Shown: positions 27,881 to 37,938, counted from the stretch's first letter. The stretch is 64,000 nt of DNA from Armatimonadota bacterium (GCA_963677485.1 OY781964.1:1952001-2016000); one strand, 5' to 3'. Made by a program: numbers and translations. The notes: generated by a model not told the origin, from the sequence alone.

Positions 27881-28939
27881 TTATCTGACCCAGATCATCT
27901 CTTTGCTGGGCAGCACGGGAAACACGCCGTGTGGCTCGGATTGGTACCACAGTGCCAGCGAGCTGATGTCATCGCGCAGAGGCTGGAAGTGCCCCTCCTG
28001 CCACCATCCGAGTGCCTGCATGGTCACTTTCAGGTCTTGCTTGAACCGGATGGGGTCCATGATGTGCCAGCGGTAGAGGTCAAACGCGGCCGGTTTGGTC
28101 TCCACTCTTCGGGCCATGGGCATGCCCAGGAATGGGGTGCTATACGCCTCTTCTTTACCCTTGCTGTCATAGAAGCACCAGGCTCCACCGAAGTAGTCCT
28201 CCGTTCCGGTGCCGCAGATGGTGGGATACTGGCCGTCACCATCCATGAAGAACTTGATCTCCCCTTCGCCCCACCAGCCGCAGCTAAAACTCATCCAGCT
28301 CAGGAAGGTGCCCACATAGTGGCCCTGGCCCTTCACACCGTCCAGGATCACGTGCTCAGGGCAGTCCATGGGGGTCACGCTGCGCCGCCACTGTGCGTGC
28401 AGGTAGGCCGCCTCGGTTGGCACTTCTTGAAGGGCGTAGCTGATCTGGTAGAAGAAACCGCCGATGTCCTTACCCCATGTGTTTTCGATGGTCATACGGC
28501 AATGTTTACGAAATGGCATCGGCCAGTAGCTGTTGAAGCCACCGCTTGGGTTGACTGCGATGGGCATGGAGACCACATTGTGGCGATCACCCTGACCGTG
28601 GCAGAAGAAGTCGCCCAGAGGGCACTCAATGGAGGGGGTCTCTTCCCCGTCCCAATACATGCGCAGGATGCAGGTTCGATAGGCCATTGGCTCAACGGTA
28701 ATCCAGATGTGCTGGATCAGGCCCGGGCCGTCAATCTCTGCCAGGGTCACGGTTTCGCCAGAGGCGACCGTAATGCAGGGTCGGACCTTCCAGCCCTCGC
28801 CCAAAACTTCGCCTGCTTCACCGGGCTGTGGGATGGCTCGCGCTCCGCCCGCTTTAGCCCCGTTGGGGTTCTCGGCGTTAATGCTGCGCGTCTCCGCGCT
28901 GCTTAATAGTGCAATGTTGGATAGGCTGCTGATAAACAC
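27881..28939 (-). CDS. DUF2961 / GH172 family glycoside hydrolase (copy 1)
   Basis: Same motifs; GTG start with AGGAGG RBS. Confidence 0.9.
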   Translation of the reverse strand: MFISSLSNIALLSSAETRSINAENPNGAKAGGARAIPQPGEAGEVLGEGWKVRPCITVASGETVTLAEIDGPGLIQHIWITVEPMAYRTCILRMYWDGEETPSIECPLGDFFCHGQGDRHNVVSMPIAVNPSGGFNSYWPMPFRKHCRMTIENTWGKDIGGFFYQISYALQEVPTEAAYLHAQWRRSVTPMDCPEHVILDGVKGQGHYVGTFLSWMSFSCGWWGEGEIKFFMDGDGQYPTICGTGTEDYFGGAWCFYDSKGKEEAYSTPFLGMPMARRVETKPAAFDLYRWHIMDPIRFKQDLKVTMQALGWWQEGHFQPLRDDISSLALWYQSEPHGVFPVLPSKEMIWVR

Positions 28940-29053
28940 AGTGTGTGTGGCCTCCTATGAGGAATTTGGTCGGATTCTTTTCAATTATTACATAATTTCA
29001 TTCGGATGGGTGAAGTGGTGATGCAAAGATGAAGAGAACGCAGAAAAGTTGAG

Positions 29054-29548
29054 ATGGCCATCGGCATGTAGGGGGCGGGTCTCCCGACCCAGGGGCAGGG
29101 AAACCCAGCCCCTACGATTCCGTGACAATCGCCCCCGGCCAATCCCCAATCTGCGCTATCTGCGTAATCTGCGGATTGTCACTCCCTGTCCGGGCCAAAC
29201 ACGACAAGGAAATGGCCATCGGCATGTAGGGGTCGGGTCTCCCGACCCAGGGGCAGGGAAACCCAGCCCCTACGATTCCGTGACAATCGCCCCCGGCCAA
29301 TCCCTAATCTGCGTCATCTGTGTAATCTGTGGATTGTCACTCCCTGTCCGGGCCAATTACCATCCGCCTTGGAAAAAGACCGGCGCGGTCTTGGGCCTTC
29401 TGCGGCCGCTAGCATACTGACAGACCGCCCCGGACAGTGCCAATCGAGACACCGCGCAACCATTTCCCTTCGTGTTCATTCGTGTTCATTCGTGGTTAAA
29501 ATCCCAAAGATCAAATGATAATCTGCGCCATCTGCGTAATCTGTGGAT
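29054..29548 (-). repeat. Mosaic array: duplicated REP+C unit (158-bp period), then E, D-like and C on the minus strand
   Basis: 29054-29198 matches 29212-29356; E 29352-29442; C 29521-29548. Confidence 0.9.
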
Positions 29549-29573
29549 TGTTACACGGTTTACCCAGCTTGCG

Positions 29574-30836
29574 TCACTCGGTGGGCACGATGCGCTTGAA
29601 ATCCTTGTTGGGGTTGAATGCCACCAGGGTGATGATCCAGGCGACGGTCAACAAAATACAGCACCCGATGAACGGTGTGATGTGGGCGATATGCACATTA
29701 GTGGATGCGTGGATATACAGATAGCTGCCCAACGGCGCGCCGATCATCGCGCCAACACCCTGAGCGGTGAAGACGGCCCCCATGATGGCCCCCCTGCGCT
29801 CGCTGTTGATGTTGCTGACGATGGCCATCCAGGCTGGGATCGCCAGAATATAGCCGATCCCCACCACGGTGCAGCCGATCATCAGCCAGATGTGATGGCT
29901 GGTAAACGGCACCATCCACATCCCGAAGCAGCACAGCGTCATGCCGATGCACATCACGCGGCGTTTACCCCAGCGGTCTGCGGCTCTACCGGCCGGTACG
30001 CTGGCGAGTGCAAACACGATGGCCGGAGGCAGCAGCAATGCACCATATCCCGTTTCGGACAGGCCCAGTTCATTCATGGCGTAGAGCTTCACAAGCAACA
30101 TCACCAGCCCGATGGACAGGTAGACCACAAAGCCAAGCAGCATGGTGTCTGGCACCATCTTGGCGGCAATCCAGAGGTCTTTTATTTTGGGCACATGGCC
30201 CTCATTGTGCGATTCTGTCTGGTGCAGTGGCATTTTCCCAGGAACACCCACATAACAGATGAGCGCGGTACACAGGAATAGAATCCCAGCCAGATAGAAA
30301 CTGGCATGCATGGGCTCTGACATCAAGTGATGGGCGCTGCTGTAGTCGTTCACCAGTCCGCCAAGCAGCGGACCCAGCGCGATTCCGATCATGTAGGTGA
30401 CATTGAACAGGCTCATGGCCGTCGCCCGCTGCTTGGGATCGGCGGCGTCGGCTACAGTGGCAAACGCGGTGGGCCACAGTGCGGCAGCTCCCACGCCGTC
30501 CAACGCACGGATGGCCATCAGACCCAAAGGGTGACCAATCACCACGGTGAGCGGAGCGGTGATCATGCTGATCAGCGGCCCCAACATCAGCATGGGTTTA
30601 CGCCCAAAGCGGTCGCTTAGAAGACCCATGGGCGACTTGAGCAGCGTCTCCACAAGCAGGAAAGCCGCGCCGATCGCACCAATCCATACCCCCCAGTTCA
30701 TTTTCATGAGATAGGGAGGCATGGCGGAGAAGTTTACGATTGCGTAAGACAACTCCGCCATACCAGACATGATCACCAGCGAGATGAGTGCCCGTTGTCT
30801 GGTCTTTATCTGACTGGCAGATAACTCTGCCGCCAC
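29574..30836 (-). CDS. MFS transporter
   Basis: About 12 TM helices, GLLSDRFGRKP and GRAADRWGKR motif A; GTG start next to the upstream stop. Confidence 0.92.
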   Translation of the reverse strand: MAAELSASQIKTRQRALISLVIMSGMAELSYAIVNFSAMPPYLMKMNWGVWIGAIGAAFLLVETLLKSPMGLLSDRFGRKPMLMLGPLISMITAPLTVVIGHPLGLMAIRALDGVGAAALWPTAFATVADAADPKQRATAMSLFNVTYMIGIALGPLLGGLVNDYSSAHHLMSEPMHASFYLAGILFLCTALICYVGVPGKMPLHQTESHNEGHVPKIKDLWIAAKMVPDTMLLGFVVYLSIGLVMLLVKLYAMNELGLSETGYGALLLPPAIVFALASVPAGRAADRWGKRRVMCIGMTLCCFGMWMVPFTSHHIWLMIGCTVVGIGYILAIPAWMAIVSNINSERRGAIMGAVFTAQGVGAMIGAPLGSYLYIHASTNVHIAHITPFIGCCILLTVAWIITLVAFNPNKDFKRIVPTE

Positions 30837-30837
30837 T

Positions 30838-31884
30838 CTAGAGGAGTACCTCGTGCCCGGTTTCTGTGGATTTATACACTGCGTCAATGATCTGGGTCGC
30901 CATCAAGCCCTGTTCGCCAGTCACATAAACCTCTGTGTCGTTGATGATCGCCTCAAGGAAGGCCTTCACTTCGCGGGTATGCGAGCTTGGTCCACGCTGC
31001 ATCCAGGTTGGCACGATTTCGGTCAGTGCGCCGTTCTGTTCTTTGTATATTTTGCATGGAGAGTTACAGGCGCCTGCTTCGGTGCCCAAGACGGTGCTGC
31101 ACATCATGTCATGATCGATGTTAGCGCAGAAGCTGCTTTCAATGGTCATCACGGCGCCATTCTCAAACCGCACCAGCCCGCAGGCGAAATCTTCTACCGT
31201 GAAGGTGGCGGGATCCCAGGGGCCCCATTCATTCACGTGACCGGATCGGTTGCCGAATTCCTTATACGTCATGCCGGTCACACTCACCGGTTTGGGATGG
31301 CCCATAAACCAGAGCGTGGTGTCGATGATATGGACGCCGATGTCAATCATGGGTCCGCCGCCCTGTTTCGCCTTGTCCGTAAACACGCCCCAGGTGGGGA
31401 CGCCACGGCGGCGCAACGCCTGCGCCCGTGCGTAATAGATTTTGCCTAGCTGGCCATCGTCAATCGCCTTTTTGATCATCTGCTGTTCCGGCTCAAAACG
31501 TAAGTTCAAGCCGATCTGCAGCTTGCGGCCGTTTTTCCGGCTTGCAGCTACCATCTCTGCGCCTTCGGTGGGGTTCATGGCGATGGGCTTCTCACACAGC
31601 ACATGTTTTCCGGCCTTCAGAGCATCAACGGTGGGCTGAAGATGGGCGATATTGGGGGTGCATACACTGACAGCATCGACACATTTTAGCTTAAGCAGAT
31701 CGTGGTAATTCTCATAGACATGGGGGATATTATACTCCGCGGCGAAAGCCTTGGCGCGTTCTGGGATAATATCACATACAGCTTGCACTTTACAGAGCTC
31801 CGGGTAGGTGAGGTAAGCAGGAATATGTGCTCCGCGAGCGATGCCGCCTGCACCAATGATTCCGATTCCAAGTGGTTGTTTCAT
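30838..31884 (-). CDS. Gfo/Idh/MocA family oxidoreductase
   Basis: GIIGAGGIA, HVLCEKP, GGGPMIDIGVH; start trimmed to ATG 31884. Confidence 0.93.
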   Translation of the reverse strand: MKQPLGIGIIGAGGIARGAHIPAYLTYPELCKVQAVCDIIPERAKAFAAEYNIPHVYENYHDLLKLKCVDAVSVCTPNIAHLQPTVDALKAGKHVLCEKPIAMNPTEGAEMVAASRKNGRKLQIGLNLRFEPEQQMIKKAIDDGQLGKIYYARAQALRRRGVPTWGVFTDKAKQGGGPMIDIGVHIIDTTLWFMGHPKPVSVTGMTYKEFGNRSGHVNEWGPWDPATFTVEDFACGLVRFENGAVMTIESSFCANIDHDMMCSTVLGTEAGACNSPCKIYKEQNGALTEIVPTWMQRGPSSHTREVKAFLEAIINDTEVYVTGEQGLMATQIIDAVYKSTETGHEVLL

Positions 31885-31903
31885 GGTATGTTGTTCCCTC
31901 CTT

Positions 31904-32722
31904 TTATTGTGACTTTGGCCACAGCTGATACCGGCTGTCCCATAGTCCTTCGATGCTGTCGATGACAAGATGCGGGCGATGCTGAGGCTCTGCCTGCAAT
32001 GCATCTTCCAGATTGTTGACGCCGGTCGTGACTAAAGCTGTCTGTAACCCCAACTCGCGCCCCAGAATGACATCTGTATCCATTCTATCGCCAATAAGCA
32101 GGCTGCGTTCAGGTGTGGTTCCCACTTCGGCTATCAGCAGGTTGATCCCAAGCGGGTTTGGTTTCCCCGCGGTATACGCCGTCACTCCGCTCGCTCGTTC
32201 AATTGCTGCAACCAGCGAGCCGGCTCCCGGCCGGATGGATCCGTTGGCTCCCGGAAAAGTGGCGTCTTGATTGGTAGCAATAAACTGCGCACCATTCTGT
32301 ATCGCCACTAATGATTTACGCAATGTCTCATACGTGAAGTTCCAGTCGATACCTGCCACCACATAATCGGGCTGATCCTCATCGGGGTCGTCCACCAGCT
32401 CAATACCCACTGCAAGCAGTTCCGCGCGCAGCCCATCCATGCCCACAACGAAGGCATTCTTACCTTTGGCTCCCTGTTCGATCAGGTGGTAAGCGGCGCA
32501 GAAGCTGGATGACATGAACTCAGCGGGTTGGCAATCAATGCCCATGTTCTGCAGCCTTTGGGCAAAGGTATGGCGCGAGACGGATGAGTTGTTGCTGAGA
32601 AACCGCACCACCACACCCTCATCACGCAGCCGCTTCACGCCTGTAGCAGCGTAGGGCATCGGCTCCTTGTCTCGGTAGATCACACCGTCCAGGTCGAAAA
32701 TAACCAGATCAACATCAAACAT
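31904..32722 (-). CDS. HAD-IIA family hydrolase (NagD-like)
   Basis: DLDGVIY, SNN, GKP, IGDRMDTD. Confidence 0.92.
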   Translation of the reverse strand: MFDVDLVIFDLDGVIYRDKEPMPYAATGVKRLRDEGVVVRFLSNNSSVSRHTFAQRLQNMGIDCQPAEFMSSSFCAAYHLIEQGAKGKNAFVVGMDGLRAELLAVGIELVDDPDEDQPDYVVAGIDWNFTYETLRKSLVAIQNGAQFIATNQDATFPGANGSIRPGAGSLVAAIERASGVTAYTAGKPNPLGINLLIAEVGTTPERSLLIGDRMDTDVILGRELGLQTALVTTGVNNLEDALQAEPQHRPHLVIDSIEGLWDSRYQLWPKSQ

Positions 32723-33725
32723 CGCGGGCCACTACAAACCGGGCAAGGTCCACTAGAGCACGTTTGCCTCGATTATTGTGAAGGGTGTCCAGGCTTTGGA
32801 CCGCCTGTTTTGTGTAGTTCAAGGCCCGCTGCCTTGTGAACTCAAATCCGCCAAGCTCCGTGATCAGGGCTGACATCTGTTGGAGGACCAATGGGGAGGT
32901 GGTATCTTCAGCCAAAATCACCATCTGCTCACGCTGGGAGCTTGAGGCCTTTTCGAGTGCGTAGATTAATGGCAATGTAAACTTACCCTCGGCAAGGTCA
33001 CTGCCGCATGGCTTCCCTATCCGCTGAGGGTCTCCCATGTAGTCCAGCAGGTCATCTACCATCTGGAAGGCCATTCCCAAATTGTAGCCATAACTTTGTA
33101 ATGCAGCCTGCTCCTGCTCGCTGGCATCGACTGCAATGGCGCCGCACCGGCAACAGACCTCAATCAGCATCGCGGTCTTTTTCCCGATCACTTCCAGATA
33201 CTGCTCTTCAGTGACGTTGGTATCACCTACCAGCAAGGCTTGCATCACTTCACCTTCCGCCAGCGAGCTGCTGACATCAGAGATCGCCCGGATCAGCCGT
33301 AAATCACCGACATTGGCCAACAACTGCACGGAGCGCGCGAGAAGGAAGTCACCAGTCAACACCGATACACCATTGCCGTAAAGTGCATTCGCGGTTTTCC
33401 GTCCCCTGCGCATATTGGTGTTGTCCACCACATCATCATGCATCAGTGAGGCCATGTGCAGCAGTTCCAGGGAGGCGGCGACAGGCAGCAGCGTGTCTAC
33501 TTTCACGGCCGCGTCCACACAGCGGGCACTCAGACAGACTAAAGCGGGGCGTAGCCGTTTGCCGCCAGCGTTCAGCACGTGACTATTTAACTCTGCAATG
33601 ATCGAGACCGATGAGATCACCTCGCGCCTAAGGTAGTGCTCCACCGCATCTATGTCTGGTGAGGCCGTCTCCAGCCACAAAGATTGTGACGAGGGTGATT
33701 CTTCAGGGTGTTGGTTTAGTGTCAT
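32715..33725 (-). CDS. Long-chain polyprenyl diphosphate synthase
   Basis: GGKRLRP, HDDVVD..RRG, KTA, FQMVDDLLD. Confidence 0.95.
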   Translation of the reverse strand: MTLNQHPEESPSSQSLWLETASPDIDAVEHYLRREVISSVSIIAELNSHVLNAGGKRLRPALVCLSARCVDAAVKVDTLLPVAASLELLHMASLMHDDVVDNTNMRRGRKTANALYGNGVSVLTGDFLLARSVQLLANVGDLRLIRAISDVSSSLAEGEVMQALLVGDTNVTEEQYLEVIGKKTAMLIEVCCRCGAIAVDASEQEQAALQSYGYNLGMAFQMVDDLLDYMGDPQRIGKPCGSDLAEGKFTLPLIYALEKASSSQREQMVILAEDTTSPLVLQQMSALITELGGFEFTRQRALNYTKQAVQSLDTLHNNRGKRALVDLARFVVARDV

Positions 33726-34504
33726 AGCTTTTTCGTTTTACTTCCATGGTGTATGACGACATACCCGAGTGTGAGGTCTTTCCACCGATTATTTCGCAAA
33801 CCAGCATCATGCATCAGTTGGGCCAACGCGCGCCTGCCAGGAAACAGCCGTATGGAGGCCGGCAGATAGGCGTATCCGTCGCTGCCGCTGAACAGCCTGC
33901 CGATGACCGGCAACAGCTTTTCGCAATACAGAACATGCATGATTCGGGCCAGGCGTTTACGCGGATGGTTGAACTCCAGCACCACCAGTTTACCTTCCGG
34001 CTTTAGCACCCGAACAAACTCTTCGAGCGCCTTTTCCAGCATCACCACGTTACGTAACCCAAAGCCGATGGTGATCACATCAAAACTGGCATCAGCGAAA
34101 GGCAGATGCATGGCATCCCCCACTATCAGCTCATACTCCGGCTTGTTGATCATCAGTCTGTTCAGCTTTTTCCGGGCGATTTCCAGCATCTTAGGCACAA
34201 AATCCAGCCCGATCACCAGCCCTCTGCCGTCCATACGCTTCATGGCCTCAATCATCATGTCCCCGGTACCGGTAGCCACATCGAGTATGGTTTGGCCAGG
34301 GCGGATATCTGCAATCGAGATGGCTTGCTGCCGCCATTTATGGTGCATGCGAAGGCTTAGTATGGAGTTCATGCGGTCATACTGCCCAGCTATGGTGCTG
34401 AACATTTTGCGCACGTAATGACCCTTCTCATCACCCACCAGGTGATAAGAGGGCCTTTTGCGCTTGGGTTGACCTCGGTTTGGGTCGTGACTATATGTAC
34501 TCAT
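33722..34504 (-). CDS. menG: Demethylmenaquinone methyltransferase (UbiE/MenG)
   Basis: YDRMN, LDVATGTGD, FGLRNV, YAYLPASI. Confidence 0.92.
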   Translation of the reverse strand: MSTYSHDPNRGQPKRKRPSYHLVGDEKGHYVRKMFSTIAGQYDRMNSILSLRMHHKWRQQAISIADIRPGQTILDVATGTGDMMIEAMKRMDGRGLVIGLDFVPKMLEIARKKLNRLMINKPEYELIVGDAMHLPFADASFDVITIGFGLRNVVMLEKALEEFVRVLKPEGKLVVLEFNHPRKRLARIMHVLYCEKLLPVIGRLFSGSDGYAYLPASIRLFPGRRALAQLMHDAGLRNNRWKDLTLGYVVIHHGSKTKKL

Positions 34505-34551
34505 GACCGAAATAAGTATACCATTCTATAAAATAAGTGTGTTGTCATATG

Positions 34552-35424
34552 TCAAGCGATCACCTGCAAGCCGGTGGCGGATGGCATCAGCTTCCTGAAG
34601 ATAGGACGCTCATTTGGTGTTTGGTTTGGCTGATGAAGCGAAAGATACCATTGCCCATCATATGCCTGAAACACCATTCCGTGGCCTGCATCGTCATTGG
34701 CCAAAGCGGTTGGCTGCTGCAGCCATGGGCCAAGAATACCTGCCTCGGAGGTGGCGATTCCCTGGGCATAGCGTCCAGCCTGGAAGCTGCTCCACAACAT
34801 GCCTAGCAGTCCACCTGGCAATGTAAATAGGAACGGACCATCAGTCACATACACATCGTGCTGCGCGCCCATTTGGAGAGAGCTGACCCATGGCGCGTCC
34901 GAAGCTTTGAACAGCGTGACGGGATCCCCTGTAGCACGGCTGAGGTCATCGCTGAGAGGAATGGCGCAGATCTCGCCATCAGTGATCTGTACCCATTCGT
35001 GACAGAACACCATATACGGCTTGCCGTTCTCCACCCACAAGGTGCCGTCGAGGCACTCCCAGTCGGCTGGGGTGACGGGGCCATCGCTAATGGGTTCATA
35101 TGGACCTGCCGGATGGTTGCTGCACAGTATCTGTGTGCCGCGCCGCCGAGTGGGGCTGTGCAGCGTAATAAACATATAGTAAGCACCTTGAAAGGCATGA
35201 ACCTCAGGTGCCCAGTATTCTTGCTGGCTCCAGAACGTAGCATCTGGTGTGAAAGCCGCAATAGGCCCACTCCAACACTGCAGGTCTGTGCTGCGGTAAC
35301 AACAAACGGCTTCGGGCCGTTGGTCCCAGCAGGTGCTGCCCAGTGTACCAAACAGGTAGTATGCATTTTCATCGGGCACCGGCAGTACAAACGGATCACG
35401 ATAGTTTATATCGCTCAGCTTCAT
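34552..35424 (-). CDS. GH43 family glycoside hydrolase
   Basis: RDPF, WAPE, LDG, HEW, DGP, GHG motifs. Confidence 0.88.
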   Translation of the reverse strand: MKLSDINYRDPFVLPVPDENAYYLFGTLGSTCWDQRPEAVCCYRSTDLQCWSGPIAAFTPDATFWSQQEYWAPEVHAFQGAYYMFITLHSPTRRRGTQILCSNHPAGPYEPISDGPVTPADWECLDGTLWVENGKPYMVFCHEWVQITDGEICAIPLSDDLSRATGDPVTLFKASDAPWVSSLQMGAQHDVYVTDGPFLFTLPGGLLGMLWSSFQAGRYAQGIATSEAGILGPWLQQPTALANDDAGHGMVFQAYDGQWYLSLHQPNQTPNERPIFRKLMPSATGLQVIA

Positions 35425-35572
35425 GGGTTACCTCCGCGCGTCTAGCATCATAAATATGGTATCAGTTTCTGGCAATGAAGGTTGGAATACATAAAGTGCT
35501 AAAATATGATTTAGGTAACAATGGCCCACGAGACACCATGCGGGTGTGATAAGCAGGCAACAGGAGAGACAG

Positions 35573-36553
35573 ATGATCACCATCCTATTACGAATGAAAA
35601 ACACACTTATTATATTATGTGCAGTGGTGCTGGGTGTAGCTATCGGGGCGGCAGTCACAAACCGTATGATCCGTCCCATGCAGGTCAACGGAATGTCGAT
35701 TGGCCGGTTTGAACAGCGGTATCCAGGCTTTTTCCAAGGGCCGATGGTCAATGCACGACTGGGTGATCTTCCTGACGGGACTCTGGTCAATACCGGACAA
35801 CTCACGGTCTACATGGCCGATATTGAGAAACTGTTGCGGTCAGAAACTCCAGCCATCGCCAAACAGATAAATCTAAATCTGCCAATCGTTGTGGAACAGA
35901 TGGCGGAAAGCCTGCTTTTCAGGCAAGAGCTATTGGAATATGCTCAAAAACAAAACATCCCCAAGGACACCCCCGTAAAGAACCTCAGCGAAGCTTACCA
36001 AACCGAGCTTATGCGTACCACCGAAGTGAATGAATCGGACATTGAGGCGTTCTACGAACAGCAAAAGGAACAATACGGCGGCTCTTTACCTCCTCTTGAC
36101 GTGGTTCGTGACCAGATAAAACAAAGATTGACCGAAACCGCCATGAGTAATAAATTCACCTTGCGTATGAACCTGCTGGCCCAACAATGTGTAGTCAACC
36201 GAAAATGGGTGGAAGCTCAGTATAAAGAACTCCTCTTGAGACCTGATGTTCAAGCGGTAGAGAAGCTGCGGTATGGCGGTAAACCGACTATTCTGGTGTT
36301 TGCCTTTAATGATCCTAAATTGATGTCGGCAGTTGATCAACAGATGAAGGATTTAAAGAAACTAGTAAATGATAAAGCCAATATCAGTGTCGTGCCTTCT
36401 ACATCCCGGACTTTCTTGAGGGCGCGGTATCGAGTCGGCGAGGTAAATTGGATGACAATAGTGTTTAACACGACCGGCCGCGAGGTCTACCGGACTGAAG
36501 GGCAAGTTCCCACCGAAGAGCTGCTGTTGATTTTGAAACAGGCCGGTATGTAG
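35573..36553 (+). CDS. Exported protein with SurA-like helical region and C-terminal thioredoxin-like fold lacking CxxC
   Basis: AGGAG RBS, N-terminal TM, EVNESDIEAFYEQ, GKPTILVF...GREVYRTEG. Confidence 0.65.
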   Translation: MITILLRMKNTLIILCAVVLGVAIGAAVTNRMIRPMQVNGMSIGRFEQRYPGFFQGPMVNARLGDLPDGTLVNTGQLTVYMADIEKLLRSETPAIAKQINLNLPIVVEQMAESLLFRQELLEYAQKQNIPKDTPVKNLSEAYQTELMRTTEVNESDIEAFYEQQKEQYGGSLPPLDVVRDQIKQRLTETAMSNKFTLRMNLLAQQCVVNRKWVEAQYKELLLRPDVQAVEKLRYGGKPTILVFAFNDPKLMSAVDQQMKDLKKLVNDKANISVVPSTSRTFLRARYRVGEVNWMTIVFNTTGREVYRTEGQVPTEELLLILKQAGM

Positions 36554-36585
36554 GGTCGCGGCCGCCTGCGGGTTTGTCGGCCTTG

Positions 36586-36989
36586 ATTGCCACTGTCCGG
36601 GGCGGTTTTCTCCTAACCGCGCCGGTCTTGTTTCCGACACCAATATGTATGGCTCACCGCCAGACCGGCGCGGTCTTTAGCCACCTGCCATTGTTTGCCT
36701 CCTGAAAGACCGCCCCGGACAGTGGCAATACACACACTAACAGACAGCCGATACCAACGTCCGGGGCGATTTTCCTCACCGACCGGTCCCGAATTTCCTA
36801 TGTCCGGGGCGGTTTTCCCCTAACCGCGCCGGTCTTGTTCCCGACATGTATATTTATGGCTCACCGCCAGACCGGCGCGGTCTTTAGCCGTCTGTCATTG
36901 TGTGCCTCCTGAAAGACCGCCCCGGACAGTGGCAATACACACCCTAACATACACCCGTTCCCCTCCGCGTCCTCCGCGTCTCCGCGTGA
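36586..36989. repeat. Two tandem E-doublet palindromic elements (207-bp period) plus module H (36963-36989)
   Basis: Perfect 21-bp IR ATTGCCACTGTCCGGGGCGGT at 36586-36606 / 36709-36729; second copy 36801-36936. Confidence 0.9.
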
Positions 36990-37006
36990 CACATCCCGGG
37001 GGTCAC

Positions 37007-37039
37007 AAAAAAAGCCGGGTGGAAAAATCCACCCGGCTT
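37007..37039 (-). terminator. Intrinsic terminator of the 3D-domain gene
   Basis: AAGCCGGGTGGA/TCCACCCGGCTT stem followed by a U tract on the minus strand. Confidence 0.85.
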
Positions 37040-37065
37040 CGTGTACACCGCTATTGCGGTTCACA

Positions 37066-37827
37066 CTAATTCAGAACGTGTACCTTCACGGTCCGTCGTC
37101 CGGTACGCATGGCTTGACTGTGTGTGTCATGCCCCAGGTCGATCCGGTTGCCTTTGATGGCCCCTCCGGTATCGGCTGCTACTGCGTATCCATAGCCCTC
37201 AATATAGAGCTTGGTCCCTAAAGGTATCACTCTTGGATCAACGGCAACCACGCCGACACCGGCGTGAATTCCCGTGGCTGTGCGTCCAGATCGGCTGCCT
37301 CCACAGGTATATGGGGCATACCCGGTGGCTCTCATGTACAGTACCTTGCGGGCACCGTATCCACTGCGCGACAGAGGTGTATTGCTCTGCCTTAGTGCTT
37401 TTACCCGAACAAAATTAGCTCGGACAGAAGCTTTACCGCTCTTTCGGCTGATGGTCTTAAGAGCAGGTTTCGGCACAGATGCTGTAGAAATTTGAAGCTG
37501 CGCGGGCTTCGGTTGCTCTGTGCTATGTACTGTATCCGTATTCTGCTGACTCTCAGGCAGAGTATCGGTCTTAGTTGTCACCTTTACCTCGGTATTATAA
37601 ACGAGGGGTGTGTTTAGGTCAGGTATGATAAGCGAATGCTCATCTAACTTAACTTGTGCCTCTCGCAGAAATTCTGCGACTGTTGAGGCCTGTGTTGTCA
37701 ACGTACGCACCGTGCCACCCTCCACCAACCGTACTTCACGGGTGGCATCAGCGGTCACATACGCGCAGACAGTGAATGTAATCGCCACTGCGGCTAACGC
37801 CACTGCGACTGCTTTCGCTTTTTGCAC
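37066..37827 (-). CDS. 3D-domain cell-wall protein with one DUF348-like domain (YabE/Sps-like, no G5)
   Basis: ATGY, TATG, VAVDPRVIPLGTKLYIEGYG, ADTGGAIKGNRID; GTG start at 37827 with AGGAGGA RBS. Confidence 0.9.
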   Translation of the reverse strand: MQKAKAVAVALAAVAITFTVCAYVTADATREVRLVEGGTVRTLTTQASTVAEFLREAQVKLDEHSLIIPDLNTPLVYNTEVKVTTKTDTLPESQQNTDTVHSTEQPKPAQLQISTASVPKPALKTISRKSGKASVRANFVRVKALRQSNTPLSRSGYGARKVLYMRATGYAPYTCGGSRSGRTATGIHAGVGVVAVDPRVIPLGTKLYIEGYGYAVAADTGGAIKGNRIDLGHDTHSQAMRTGRRTVKVHVLN

Positions 37828-37908
37828 GCTGTCCTCCTTTTCGGCACCTTGGCGGCTCTGTAAACCAACCAAGGATTTGTCGGTGCCGATTCGAACGCAA
37901 GCGTGATG

Positions 37909-37938
37909 ATGCTACCACATGATTTTTGGGTGAGTCAA
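37909..37938 (-). promoter_or_regulatory. Promoter of the 3D-domain gene
   Basis: TTGACT-18-TAGCAT with extended TG. Confidence 0.55.

Noticed and set aside
37880-37905. tRNA (GTTCGAATC T-loop-like sequence on the minus strand)
   Set aside because: The T stem does not pair and no cloverleaf forms
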